Source of the DNA: Paraspadella gotoi
Taxonomy: Eukaryota; Animalia; Chaetognatha
Assembly: GCA_051294375.1 (NCBI GenBank)
Contig: CM119266.1
Coordinates: forward strand, 20,037,657-20,101,656
Direction of reading: 5' to 3'
Length of the DNA stretch: 64,000 nucleotides
Positions 39,208 to 61,078 of the stretch are shown here, piece by piece. The position numbers were made by a program, and so were the translations under genes. The first letter of the stretch is position 1, and each line of letters opens with the position of its first letter. The notes beneath the pieces were generated by a model. It was not told the DNA's origin and searched no databases. It saw nothing but the letters and a program-made list of their open reading frames with translations.

Positions 39208-42200
39208 TCAGCTACCTCCAAATTGCGGTTTTTCATATGTTTCTAACGTAGTCCGTTTAAGCTCCTCCCTGAAATACTCAATTGTTTTATTGAGACCCTC
39301 CCGCATTGAAATTTTTGGTTGCCATCTTAGAAAAGTTTTTGCTCTCTCTATGTCCGGCTTTCTCCGCTGGGGATCATCCTCGGGTTTTCGTTTGTGCTCA
39401 ATCATCGAATGTCCACCAACCAAACCCCTGATAATTTTAGCAAAGTCAAGAATAGAGTATTCTTCAGGATTTCCCAGATTTACTGGTTGCGAGACGTTTG
39501 AGTTCATGAGAAGAATCAATCCGTCAACAAGATCGGATACATATTGAAAACTCCGTGTTTGCGATCCCGTTCCATAAACTGTGATTGGCTTATTCTAGAA
39601 AAAGAAAACTGGGTTATTAACACAACTGATAAAATCAAGATATATTTTAAACATTGCGGTATTCATGGAGATTAATGCGTTTTAGAAGTCTATAGATGGG
39701 AAAATAAAGAGCAAGGTTTTTCATAATAAATTAACGGAAATAGAAGAGGAATGAAACAGAAAGGAAGAAAGAAAAACTTAAAGATTCGGATATATCATTA
39801 TTTGTTATTGTTGTTATTATATTAATACTAACTTTACTAAGGTAATGATTATGTTATAGTTAAAAGTTAAGGTCATAGTAAATTGAGGTAAGGAATAAAT
39901 TAAATTTTAGTTAAGAAGAAGGGTAAGTAAAAGTTAAAAATAGGATAAGATAAGGATAGGATAAGTTAAACTAAAGGGTAAGTTAAGATTAGGGGTAAGT
40001 TAAGGTTAGGGATGTATCACAGCTATTGTATTGGCGATCGTTTAAGATATGAAATAATAATATTTCTTTTAACCAAGTTTCTTATTACTTCGGAATCCGG
40101 ATGACCCAATTTGAAGAATTTACAAAAAGCCCTAACCTCAAACAAACCTGCAAAGCTTGAAGAATAAAATTAGATACGACGCGACCATCATTCAAATGCA
40201 TTCGAGGACCAAAAGTATTAAAAATTCGGGCGACACGAACTTCCACCTGTTCCTGGTTAGCGTATGCATAACACATTGTCTCAGCAACGCGTTTTCCCTC
40301 ATCATAACAAGCACGAGGTCCAATAGGATTAACGTGACCCCAATAAGTCTCTTTTTGAGGATGTTGGTGCGGATCGCCATAAACTTCTGAAGTAGAAGCA
40401 AGTAGCATTCGAGCGTTTATTCGCTTTGCTAACCCGAGCATATTTATAGTTCCAACGGTATTTGTTTTGATTGTCTTAATGGGATTGTACATATAATTCG
40501 GAGGAGAGGCCGGTGAAGCAAGGTGGTAAATTTGATCAACTTCGATGTAAATTGAATTGACGATGTCGTGATTAATAAGTTCAAAGTTAGGATGACCAAC
40601 CCAATGATCAACGTTTCGTTTTCGACCAGTGAAGAAGTTATCCGCGACAACAACCTGATAAAATATTGTTAAGCATAAAAATTAATCTTCTTCACGTAAT
40701 ATTCTTCACGTAATTAATTGCTAAGAGATAAAACTACCATGATAAATACAATCGCGAAAAATTAGCTTGGATACTTAAAAAACGTAATTGCTTGATATCG
40801 ATTGTGTAGAAGACAACTAATAGAAAATAACATGAAAAATAATGTTAAAGAATACGTTAAGGAACGAGGAGACTTCACTGTCTCCACGGCGGTGTAACTT
40901 TGTCAGTCTATGGTCATGGCCAGAGTAGGCTGACCATGGTGACAGAAAGATAAGGAAGGGTATACAATTTAGGATCAGCCGTGGGATTAAGCTGGATAAG
41001 TTTTGAAGGAATCGTGCGAGTGGAAATGAGATTAAATGGAAAAAAACAAAAGTTATATTTAATCGAATTTTTTTACTTGTATTTCTTCAATTATTCAAAT
41101 TATGGCTAAATTTTACTTTCGGAGACCGCGGTTTTGGCGGCTTTTAAAAACCCACTTAAAAATACTTATTTAAAAAAAAAATAAAAAAAAATATTACTTA
41201 ATTACCCTAACCCAAAAATCTTTCTACCCTAACCACCCCTAAAGTGTGTGCTGGTGTAATCGAGCGAGCAGAAATAGAAAAAACAAAAAAATTTTAAGTT
41301 TCTCTTTCTCTCTTTCTATCTCTCTCTCTCAGATAAAATGATTGATTGGCTGATTGCACAGTTGATTAAATTCTTTTATTGATTTGCTAAAAAAATTGTT
41401 ATGATTAACTTTAATATGGAAAGGTTTAAAAAACCTCAACTAAAGCAGTAATTTTTTTATTGATTTTATTGATTGCATCAATGAAAGACTATCATCACAC
41501 CAATAAATGATTTATTGATTATCATTGAATCATTAAATGATTATCATTGAATGACTATCATTAAAATTTTTTTTATTCTGAACATTTTCATATTTTCTTT
41601 AAAATTTTTTTCTTCTGTCAGCATCTACCTGATCTTCCCTTACATTGTTTAATTTAATTTTTATAAATTTTATTTTTATAAAACCAAATGGGGAGCTTTT
41701 TGGTAAATAAAATAAAAATCAATTTTAGTTTACGTAAAAGTTATGTAAATTAAAAAACTCTGCAAATAAAAAAAATTATGCTGATTGAAAAAATTATGCA
41801 AGCTGAAAAATATATGAAAATTAAAAAAATTACACGAATTTTAAAAGTTTAAAAATTATGCAAGTTAAAAAAATCTTATAAGCTGAAAAAATTTTTACAA
41901 GCTGAAAAAAATAATAAAATATTCATATGATTTTAATTGACATTTTTTTCAAATTATAAAAAAATATTTGTACCGGTGAAACATTCAGATTAATCCCTTG
42001 AAAGTGATTTATTGTATGTATTATATTGTATGTATTGGTTCATTGACTGAATGATAAATTGATTTATAGATTTTTTCATAGATTTACTGAGAAGTTTGTA
42101 CGGAGTTATTTATGATCTGTTACTATCTGTTAAGATCACAAATTTAAAAAATTATCGTGACTTATTAACTGATTACCGCTAAATTACCATACGCAGATCT

Positions 42201-43335
42201 GACGTTATTTTCTCAAACTTGTTTATTGTAATATCCTTATAAATTCATAAAATTTTACATTATTTTTTTTCATTTTTGAGAACAGATCCAGATTTGCGGA
42301 AAAAAAACTTCGGCCTATTTTAAATTTTTAAATTTGTGATAATCTTTTCGTTTGTTGTTTGAAATAGATTAGAGGAAAAACGAAATTTTTTCGCGCTTTA
42401 ACAACATTTAGTCTTTATCAGCATTGAAAAAGATACTTTCACAAACTTTTTTATATTGGTTTAAGGGAGAGAGAGAAAAAGGGAGATATTGAGGGAGAGA
42501 GAGAGTGAGAGAGTTTCCAACAAAGAAATTGAGTAAAGGACAGTGGTCAGATGTTAGGACAGGAGAAAGTGAGGGAAGGGAAGGAGAGTGAGTGAATTTG
42601 AGATTGGTAAAAAAGAAAGAGAGAGAGAGAGAGATCAATACATTTGGCAATGTACAACAGTGAATAGAAGTGAAAAACTAAAGTAACATAAGTTAATAAT
42701 AAATAAATGTTTGTGAAAATTTGGTTTTATAGTAAGAATGAAATATGAAATGGAAGAATAAGTTGTGAGAAATAGCTAAGGTAAGTGTTAAGAGAAAAAT
42801 ATGATGAGATAATAAGATAAGATGCCAGCTCATTTTGAGCTCTTTCTCATCTTATTTTTCTCTGATGTTAGGGGAGGTCTTTGGGTTAAGGCGAAAGTGA
42901 AATTTTTATAAATTGTACCTCGTGGCCGTCCTTCATTAGCCTGTCAGTGAGGTGGCTCCCAACAAATCCGGCGCCACCGGTTATGAGGATGCGTTTCCGG
43001 TCTTTTATGTTGAGAAACTTAACGGTCGGATAACTTTTTCTGGAAGCCTCCAATTCTGAGATGCGATGTTGCAGTTGAGCGATTGAGTCTGTTAGCTCTA
43101 AAAAAAGCGCGATGTCTTTTTTATTGTCGTCCGTCGTGGCAGTACTGGCATGCACGGTAGAAGTCGAGGAAAGGGGTGAAGAATAAAAGAGGATGGTAAA
43201 AAAAGCGCCTATTAGTGCGAGCAGAACTGTAATTCTTTGGTATTTAGGTGCCCTTAGAACTTGCCAGCCGGTATGTCCGATAGTACCACGTATCAGTCGA
43301 AAGCGCATTTTAGTACCAAAACGGCATTTCATCAT
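39208..43335 (-). CDS. UXS1: UDP-glucuronic acid decarboxylase (UDP-xylose synthase), 3 exons
   Basis: Exons 43335-42919, 40654-40148 and 39594-39208 join in phase. N-terminal TM anchor, [51 protein letters not shown]. Confidence 0.96.
42470..42865. mobile_element. Diverged fragment of the Penelope-like family seen at 23399-24465
   Basis: TTCCAACAAAG..TTGAG.TAAAGGACAGTGGTCAGAT and CCAGCTCATTTTGAGCTCTTTCT are shared with 24205-24260 (reverse complement) and 23907-23930. Confidence 0.6.
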
Positions 43336-43998
43336 ATGTTTTTAAACAAACATCAATAAAAGTTGTTTCAGTTCAATAATCTTGTAGTATCTGCTAATTA
43401 ATCTTGATTAAAAACATTGAAGACAGAGAAACTGAGCAGAACTCTGGATAGTTTGTGAAACTGCCACCCTATGAAATACTATTTCACAAAAAAAACGATA
43501 AAAACCTTTTGCTCAGCGTTTACTTACAAAATTCTGTACGAAAAAAGGATAATGGTTTTAGACAGTAACAAAGTTTAAATATTAAAACTGTTCAAACTGC
43601 TCATGTACATCATAAGTTATTAACCTTTCAGCTAAACAACAATTAGGATATTAACATAGAATTTTTCATTCAACTCAAACTAAAACTTAGGTTAGTACTT
43701 AGAAAATAATTCAATATACATCCCAGTGCAGTGCAATAAATTAAAGTCGAAGTTCGACATGATTATTTCTTGCGGAACTAAATACTTAAATCTTGAGTGA
43801 CCTTTCAGTGAAACTGATGAGCCAAAAACAAATAAAATTTTACCAATTTCAATATAGAAAAATCATTCAAAACTTGTCAGGTGCTCGCCCTCCAGGGGCA
43901 AGGGTGTTTACAAAATTTTTACTGTTCATTATACCTTTAAGAAAAATGTTAAAAAATCACAGTACATTTAAAACAAAGCCTAGGTGGTGGAAGACAAA

Positions 43999-44463
43999 TT
44001 ATTCAGAAGGTCGTTTTTCGGCGTATTTCCTTGTAAACTCATCGGCCGACTTGAGAAATTTTTTTTTGTCCCTGGAGAATTCTTCTGCCAAGTCGGATCG
44101 CAGGGGATGATCTGGTTCTGGATCATTGACGAGAGCCACTAGGGACTGAATAACCTGATCAGTCTTGGTTGCTGGCTTCCAATTCTCGGTAGAAATTATT
44201 GGCAGGCAAACTTGGCCCTTTTCATCTATGTTAGGATGGTAGATCTTAGTCTTAAAGGTAATCTTGGGTGGCTTGAAAGGATATTCTGCCGGGAAGTTGA
44301 TTTCGATTCGAAACGCTCCTTTATTGTAAGGAGGATTTTCCGGCACGATGAGGCCTTGCCAACAGAGAATATTCGTTTCGTCTACGCTAATGTCGCGAAA
44401 AGCCTTAAGGTTTGAGCTTCGAATGTCTTGCAATTCTTTAGCCAAGCGCCTGGTGGCTGCCAT
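43999..44463 (-). CDS. UBE2L3: Ubiquitin-conjugating enzyme E2 L3 (UbcH7), intronless CDS
   Basis: 154 aa; [63 protein letters not shown]. Confidence 0.97.
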   Translation of the reverse strand: MAATRRLAKELQDIRSSNLKAFRDISVDETNILCWQGLIVPENPPYNKGAFRIEINFPAEYPFKPPKITFKTKIYHPNIDEKGQVCLPIISTENWKPATKTDQVIQSLVALVNDPEPDHPLRSDLAEEFSRDKKKFLKSADEFTRKYAEKRPSE

Positions 44464-45248
44464 TTTAAAATTTTTCTTATCAAGGCTGTAGAATGATCTG
44501 AAACCGAAGCAATACTTTCATTAACCAGAGATTGTATCATAAAAATCAATAGTAAATTTTTTTTTTAAATTTAGGTACATACAATTTTTTAAAAATAATT
44601 TTAATAAAAGCTAAAACAGTGATCGCATAATTTAAATTTCTTTGTAGTAAAATGGAAGACTATTGTCTATTGAGTATTAATACAGATCATTAACGAATAT
44701 AAATAAAATCGCCAAAAAGGGGGAAAGACATATGTCACCATTCCAAAAAAATATTTTTAATCATTAAATGAACCAATTTTAATTTTTGTTTAACTGACTA
44801 CATGATGAAAATATCCAGCGCAGTGAATTTTTAATTTTACATTAAGTTTGAAAAGTTTTAACATATCTTTGTAACGAAAAAAAAAATTTATATAATGGTG
44901 ACTCAAAAATGTAAAATCATATTTGGCAATTTTTATCCAAAACAAAAAAATGATAAAGCAAAGTAATTAAAATTTTTGTTTCATAAAGAAATCCTTGAAG
45001 AGTCCTTACTTCTGACCCACAGCATATTGATCGGCTATTCATACATTAATAAATAATTATGGATAAAACCTTAAATCATATACATATAATATTGAATTTA
45101 AGGAAATGCCATGTCATGACATACAAACAGCGTTCGTATTCATTTTCAGGCCTCTGTTTTAAAGAATCCTATAACAAACAACTTTTGTTGTCCTCCTATT
45201 TTAATATATAAAATAATTATTATTATTATTAATTAATATTCACATTGC

Positions 45249-45284
45249 GCTGATGAAGACTCAAAAAAGAGTCGAAACATGTCC
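45249..45284 (+). ncRNA. Minimal type I hammerhead ribozyme motif (Penelope-like)
   Basis: G CTGATGA A GACTC AAAAAA GAGTC GAAA CATGTC C; predicted cleavage after C45283. Confidence 0.82.
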
Positions 45285-47140
45285 ACTTAAAGAAATAAAC
45301 TAAGTTGTTTGTAAACAAAAAACAAACTTTGTTTTGTCTCTCAATTTAAAAACGAAACGAAAGAAGTCCTTTCACTATAATATATATATATATATATTTT
45401 TTCTAAACCTCAACCGCGACGAAGAGAAAGAAAATCAATATGTCTACTATAAGATAAAAAACGGATTGTTAAATGTAAGTTCACGGACATACAAGACCGA
45501 TCGCCGTATTAACAACTAACAACTAAGTTATTAAGGTTATTAAGGTGCAACATATTAATTCTAGGTTGAGAAACCTAGTTGCGCCGGGAGTACTAGCGGA
45601 GGACCCGAGCACTTGTTGATCGGTCGATCGGTCTATCCCACGTACGTTTATAATGCACAGAACTTTTGCAAAATTATAGCATTTAAAAAATATTTGGTAG
45701 TAAGACGATGAGCCACGAGATGCTTAATTTACATATGTTACATACTTGGGCAGTCACGATCACCTTAAAATGCGATCACATGACCAGAAAGTAAATGCGG
45801 CATAATTCATTCAATACCGAATCATTTTAGTTAAAGCTTAGCAATGAGATGAGGTATTATTAAACGCTTGTTGTGCATATGTTTCATACTTGTGTAATAT
45901 CGTGAACAAGTAAAAAATACGTGATCAGAAAGTCAATGCTTTGTTTGATACTGGTGTATTGTGTAATCACGTGATCATCTAGAAATGCGTCTCGACACTG
46001 CAATACGGTTATGTTTTCCTTAACCCAGTTTTTAATCGGACGTAATAATACAATGCGTTGTAATATTAGAATCAATGATAGAAGGTTTGCAACGAAATTT
46101 CACGTCTTAATATTTTTAATGTTAACCTTAATCTTAAAAATTATTGCAACAAAGACAAATAATAGATTTAAAATTTTAGCAATCGAAGAAACCATTTAAG
46201 TTTTAACTTTTTCTATATCGCTATCTCAAACTCTGAAGAACCTCTCTCCTCGTTTTGACCATTATGATTATTCGTGAGGCCTTGTGAGAAAGAGAGACTA
46301 GCCTCTTCGATCGATAGAGAATAATATTTAAATCAAATATTACAGATTATTAAACATTCAGGAAAACACAATTGTAAAATTTTTTGTAACGATTTATTTT
46401 ACTGTCATTCAAATATGACTGAGTTTGGCACAAATATTTGAAAACTAATGTAATCGTTTTTTGACAGAAAATATTTCGTTTTACGACTGATGATGAATGC
46501 TGAAACTGGTCAATGATTTCAATCTTGATAATTTTAAAAGCGATTATGTTGGATAAAAAAATTCTATTCTAAATGCATTAAAGCTAATAGATCTGGAAAA
46601 AAGTCATTAAGTCTAATAAAAAGTTTTATCACATATGTACCAAATCCAAAATATTTGGTGAATATTAAAGCACATAAAATTAAAAGGTTGCAACAACTAT
46701 AACTTAGATTGCTAAACCTCAATCTAAACTAATTAATTTACAAGCTTGGTATACACAGCTTGAAACAATCATGATAACGATTTGCCTAGCATAATTCGTA
46801 AAGGTAAAATTTTACATTCGCCGCATGGGATTTTCGCTATGACAATCAATGTATAAAAATTTTGTTATATAAAAAATATTATTCAACTAGCTAACCTTAT
46901 CCCTACTTATTAAGTAGTACTTAACCTAACCACCCCTAACCCTGGTCGGCGAATATAATATTAAGCCACCTTATTAATTATGGAACCAGGGAAAACGCAG
47001 AAAAAGATTAAAGATGATAGTACTTATTTGTCCATTAGCAATACTGATTCTAAAAAGTTATAAAAACAGTAATTTGGCGTGTGTACGAGCCACTCTTATT
47101 AAAGCTTGAAAGGATAGTTAACATGACTGAGTCTGACGCC

Positions 47141-48433
47141 TCATAAATTCCCAACAGGCCTAGACGATCTTTTTTCTTGTTGGCTACGTCGAAGTTGCTG
47201 ACTCAAGCGGTGACGCTTTCGGGAGTTCCGCTGCTTCCTCGTTTGTCGACTCGAAAATGGTCTTTTATTGCCACTGGTTATTTTAGAGTCAGTTTTTCCA
47301 CTTATAATTTTTTGAGTTTCCGAAGTCATGAACTCAACAGCTTTGCTACATGGGTTGTCACGAAACTTTTTTAAGGCTCGTCTATAATCACGAGATTTTT
47401 TAGGTTTTTTCATTACAAAGGAAGTAACCCAACGTTCATCGATAAGATTTGCCATTATCAAAAATACATCCTTCTTCAAATGCGTCGAAAAATGAGGACA
47501 ATCACAAGTATTTCCGTTTTCAAGAATAATGCGTAAATCCTTAACCGATCTCTTCCTGACCTTTTCGGCTTTGTACACTTTGCTTTTGATCAATACAAGA
47601 TCCATAGAGCCGTCACCACGCCGACGTTTTTCTACAATTTTAGACCGAACGACGACATCGGCTCGACAAAAATTATCCATAATGCCTTCAAACGTCTCAG
47701 ATTGCTCGCAAGCGTCGCAAGAATTACCCTCAGGTTGCATATGCGCTTGAGGTTTTATACACAGGTCATTGTCGAGAGGAAATTTGTCACAATTGAGCAT
47801 ATCAGGCCATGCAAAGCCATAAGACATCATTCGTTTTTCACAGCCCGCCTTCACGGCCATACAGGTTGATCGGCATGGATAAATAAGCCTATCTAAACAA
47901 ACGGGCGAAAATAGGGAACAGAGAAAGAGCTGAGAGTCAGGATGACACTTTATACCGACGAGTCCAACCCAAGAAGCGGCTTGGTTGACAACTTCTGTCA
48001 AAGTGTCGTGATCGAGTAAATTGGGTAGCCTCATTTTGTCATATCGTATATTGTTGCACAAAGTCAGATTTTTTGGGATGGGTACGCATTGAGGTGCGTG
48101 AGAGCGTCCTCCCAGCATGAACCAATCATTATGACTCATGCCAGAGCCCCAGGGATTTTCATGACTCATATGGGCGCCCCCAGACGCACCGTATCCAAGC
48201 GAATCAACGCTTTCGTCCATTGACGGATAGACGAAAGCGACCGCACGGGAAATAGGGTTGCAGTTTATCACGAAAATCACTAAGATGAGCATAAATGAGC
48301 GAATTTTGATTTGGATGAGTTGCAGGTATCTTTGATTCGTTGCGCCAAGTTGCGACTGTGATTTTTTTGATTGCTCCATAGTCAATTTTATTTTCAAGTA
48401 AGATATTGTGCAAAATCCCTTCCAAAGTAGCAT
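47141..48433 (-). CDS. Secreted frizzled-related protein (sFRP1/2/5 type), intronless CDS
   Basis: Hydrophobic signal segment, Frizzled CRD (CVPIPKNLTLC..MRLPNLLDH..CHPDSQLFLCSLFSPVCLDRLIYPCRSTC..FAWPDMLNCDKFPLDNDLC), NTR domain and basic tail. The true start may be a downstream ATG. Confidence 0.93.
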   Translation of the reverse strand: MLLWKGFCTISYLKIKLTMEQSKKSQSQLGATNQRYLQLIQIKIRSFMLILVIFVINCNPISRAVAFVYPSMDESVDSLGYGASGGAHMSHENPWGSGMSHNDWFMLGGRSHAPQCVPIPKNLTLCNNIRYDKMRLPNLLDHDTLTEVVNQAASWVGLVGIKCHPDSQLFLCSLFSPVCLDRLIYPCRSTCMAVKAGCEKRMMSYGFAWPDMLNCDKFPLDNDLCIKPQAHMQPEGNSCDACEQSETFEGIMDNFCRADVVVRSKIVEKRRRGDGSMDLVLIKSKVYKAEKVRKRSVKDLRIILENGNTCDCPHFSTHLKKDVFLIMANLIDERWVTSFVMKKPKKSRDYRRALKKFRDNPCSKAVEFMTSETQKIISGKTDSKITSGNKRPFSSRQTRKQRNSRKRHRLSQQLRRSQQEKRSSRPVGNL

Positions 48434-49687
48434 TCACGATATTCTCTCCGTTAAATATCCATCATTTTTTATTGGGGGAGACGTTGAAAATCACAGACAT
48501 CTTGAAAGTAGAGGTTTTGATGCGATTTGCGTCATCTAAAATGAAAAAAAAATATAATAACAATAATATTTACGTATTTACTTTAAAAGCAATTGAAATA
48601 CATCATCTCTAGAAAATTACAATGTAAACAAAATTCACTCAAAAGATTCCAATATATTATTCATTAAGATTCTCCAATTTGCTAATAGTAGTACTACGAT
48701 ATTTTTTTTCTTCTGATATTAAAACATCACAAATGATTTTAGAATTCGGAACGTTGCAAGACAACTACGAAGGCTATTTTTTCTTAAAAATAATGTCATA
48801 TTTAATTATTATATTTAATTCTTAGAATACATAAATGAGATCTGCGGGATGAGAGACTCAAGGAGTTATTTTAGTGAGAGGGCGCTAATTCGGTTGGACG
48901 AAATGTTTTTCAAATAAAGCCCAACTTATACAAAATTAATTAATGATCTAATAAAGAGATTCCTACACAGGACTTACTAAAAAGCAGCAATCTGTAACAA
49001 TTATATTAATTTAAGTAATAACTACGCACTAGGAGAGAAATATTGGTGATCTTGATTTCTCAGCTGATTTCTTGCATCATCGTAGAGAGCAGCGGCTCGA
49101 GGTCAAGTCTAATCGGAATTCCCTTTTGTTCGTCCGTTGCTAAGGATACGTCCCTTAACTTTTTGTTACGCACAACAGCATCAATGTATGACAAAGGACA
49201 AACGCACTCAATAAAATGATAAATAATCATTAAATTATGTATTAAATTAATGGATAATTTTCTTGTCATTATTAATGTAAATATTATAATTTCCACTGCC
49301 CCAATTTGGAATTTTGGCTTACTTTTTATGAAGTTCGTAGCTAACTGGTTATTGTTTCTGTGTTTGGTCAGCTAAACTAAAAATTAAATCTCAATTCTAA
49401 TCGCTTATATCTATTCAATCCTCAACACATTTTAAAACAATTCCTAAAAAAATATTTGTCAATTAAATACGTGGCAAGGCGCAACATTTTTAAATCAAAT
49501 AATACGTTCTCATTTTGATAATAGTACTTTTATTTTAAATAAAGGAAATATGGCTCTATAGTCAAGTCTATTGATACAACGATCATAGTTAATGAATGTA
49601 AAATTTTATACTAAGTCGTGACGCACAAGTCCTGATTACATTGCTTAAAAGTACTATGGTGGACTAAAATCCACCAACCGTTCATCA

Positions 49688-49760
49688 GCGGCCATTGGTG
49701 CCGGAGGCAAGTCATTCGCCTCCCAACCCAAAGGTCCGGGGTTCTAGCCCGGTGGTCGTC
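49688..49760 (+). promoter_or_regulatory. tRNA(Gly)-like Pol III internal promoter in the 5' LTR (repeated at 50109-50181)
   Basis: Acceptor-like stem GCGGCCA/TGGTCGT, A-box-like TGGTGCCGGAGG, TTCGCCTCCCA resembling the tRNA-Gly(CCC) anticodon region, B-box-like GGTTCTAGCCC inside a CCGGG/CCCGG stem. Confidence 0.65.
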
Positions 49761-49762
49761 TG

Positions 49763-49836
49763 GCAGTTAAGAGGGACGGGGCGCTTAACCCGCCTGTAAC
49801 ATGGTGTTACAGCCTGATCCGAAGCTCAGGGACTGC
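49763..49836 (+). ncRNA. Twister-like ribozyme, P5-permuted, P1 nearly absent (5' LTR)
   Basis: P5 GCAGT/ACTGC; GA then T1 CGGG pairing with loop TCCG; TAA at 49786-49788; P2 CC/GG; T2 GC with GC; P3 CTGTAAC/GTTACAG; P4 CCTGA/TCAGG around loop TCCGAAGC. Confidence 0.75.
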
Positions 49837-50183
49837 TTATATTGAACGGTTCTATCACTAACACATAACAATATTTACTGTCTCTTCATTGGTGAGCCCG
49901 ACTTCCGAACACAACAGCAAACAACAACACTTTCAGGCGACATGCCTCAACCTGGCGATGCACTTTCCGCCCACAACACATCAGGCGACATGCCTCAACT
50001 TGGTGACGAACTTTCCACCAACAACACAATTCACTGAAGAGATGCAACAGACTTCTCCTTACGGGAGGGGGGATGTATGGTGGACTAAAATCCACCAACC
50101 GTTCATCAGCGGCCATTGGTGCCGGAGGCAAGTCATTCGCCTCCCAACCCAAAGGTCCGGGGTTCTAGCCCGGTGGTCGTCTG

Positions 50184-50257
50184 GCAGTTAAGAGGGACGG
50201 GGCGCTTAACCCGCCTGTAACATGGTGTTACAGCCTGATCCGAAGCTCAGGGACTGC
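50184..50257 (+). ncRNA. Twister-like ribozyme (3' LTR copy)
   Basis: Identical to 49763-49836, offset by 421 nt. Confidence 0.75.
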
Positions 50258-50837
50258 TTATATTGAACGGTTCTATCACTAACACATAACAATATTTACT
50301 GTCTCTTCAGTACTTAACATTCTTTTTTCTTAAGAATGTATAATTTTATACCTCATTCCTTCTCCGCGGCTCCCCTCCCTATTCTAGTCTTTCTTCCTAC
50401 TCTGTTAGGCCATGCCCCTCCCTATCTTTAAGTTTCCATTGCTTTAATTTTTCTCATCCCATTTCCCCCCTATCACAAAACTCTCCATTCATCGTCGCCC
50501 CCCTTTTTCCGAGGTTAAAACTGGACTTCAGCCCTGTAGCATTCCTTCATTGCCGGTTCCCACACCCTTTTTAAGGTTAAAACAGTAAGGACTATAAAAT
50601 TTAAAGATAAATATTTTACAGTAATTACTTTAGCTTAAACTATAAAGCAAAGGTATATATAATGATCCTTGACCAATTCAAACAGTTATAAAAATAAATA
50701 AAAATCATGTGATCTGAAAAATTTGTGAACTGATTGAAATATGTGGAAGAAACAAAAAGTTTTCTATGATGAAAGTTCATCTCTATAATTTCATAGTTTT
50801 TTCTTTAAATTCTTTTTATTCTTTAAAAATTTTCTAG

Positions 50838-60514
<9,677 letters not shown>

Positions 60515-60919
60515 CATTGGCATTTAAAGCAATGCACAATTGCACATAGCACATAGCACAGCTGACATCTTGTTAGGAAAGAATGTATTCCTTAAATAAC
60601 GATATAAACCCAATTACTTAGGTTATAAAAAGTTATGGCAAGATTTACTTAGAATGGCAATAACTACTAAAACACACAAACCACTAGTTACGATGCTGAG
60701 AAAAAAAATTGAATTTAGCTTTTCTATTCACTAGCCATCCTTTTGTGAAAGTTTTGCTGTATAAATACATGCAAAAATTGATTAGGCTGGAAATATACAA
60801 TAAAATACAGTGTAAAAGTCGAAATTCTAACTAAAAATGTAAATTTCTAGAAATTTTATTAAAATGCAAATATAAAAAAATTTATGTTACCAGTAAAGAG
60901 AGAAATAATTATTAAGAAT

Positions 60920-61078
60920 GTGACAGAACCTGATCAGGCCGTAACACCGTGTTACAAGCGGGTTAAGCGCCCCGTCACTCTTAACTGCTAAACGGTCACC
61001 GGGCTAAAACCCCGGACCTTTGGGTTGGGAGGCAAATGACTTGCCTCCTGCACCAATGGTGGATTTTAGTCCACCATA
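60920..61078 (-). mobile_element. Degenerate solo LTR of family A
   Basis: Minus strand: TATGGTGGACTAAAATCCACCATTGGTGC..CTTAACCCGCTTGTAACACGGTGTTACGGCCTGATCAGG; ribozyme loop L4 is deleted. Confidence 0.85.

Larger units (their letters stand above)
49655..50309 (+). mobile_element. Complete miniature LTR retroelement (TRIM) with tRNA-like + twister-like LTRs (family A)
   Basis: Identical 234-bp LTRs 49655-49888 and 50076-50309 ending in CA; GTAC TSD at 49651-49654 and 50310-50313; PBS TGGTGAGCCCGAC at 49890-49902; PPT GGGAGGGGGGA at 50063-50073; 187-bp non-coding interior. Confidence 0.92.

Noticed and set aside
49688-49760. Functional tRNA-Gly gene (likewise 21075-21150 and 35170-35240 as tRNAs)
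   Set aside because: D and anticodon arms do not pair properly and the family A T-loop is non-canonical; these are tRNA-derived element parts.
49886-50191. 88-aa and 100-aa ORFs within the TRIM
   Set aside because: No gag or pol motifs; they run across the PBS, PPT and LTR and are probably incidental.
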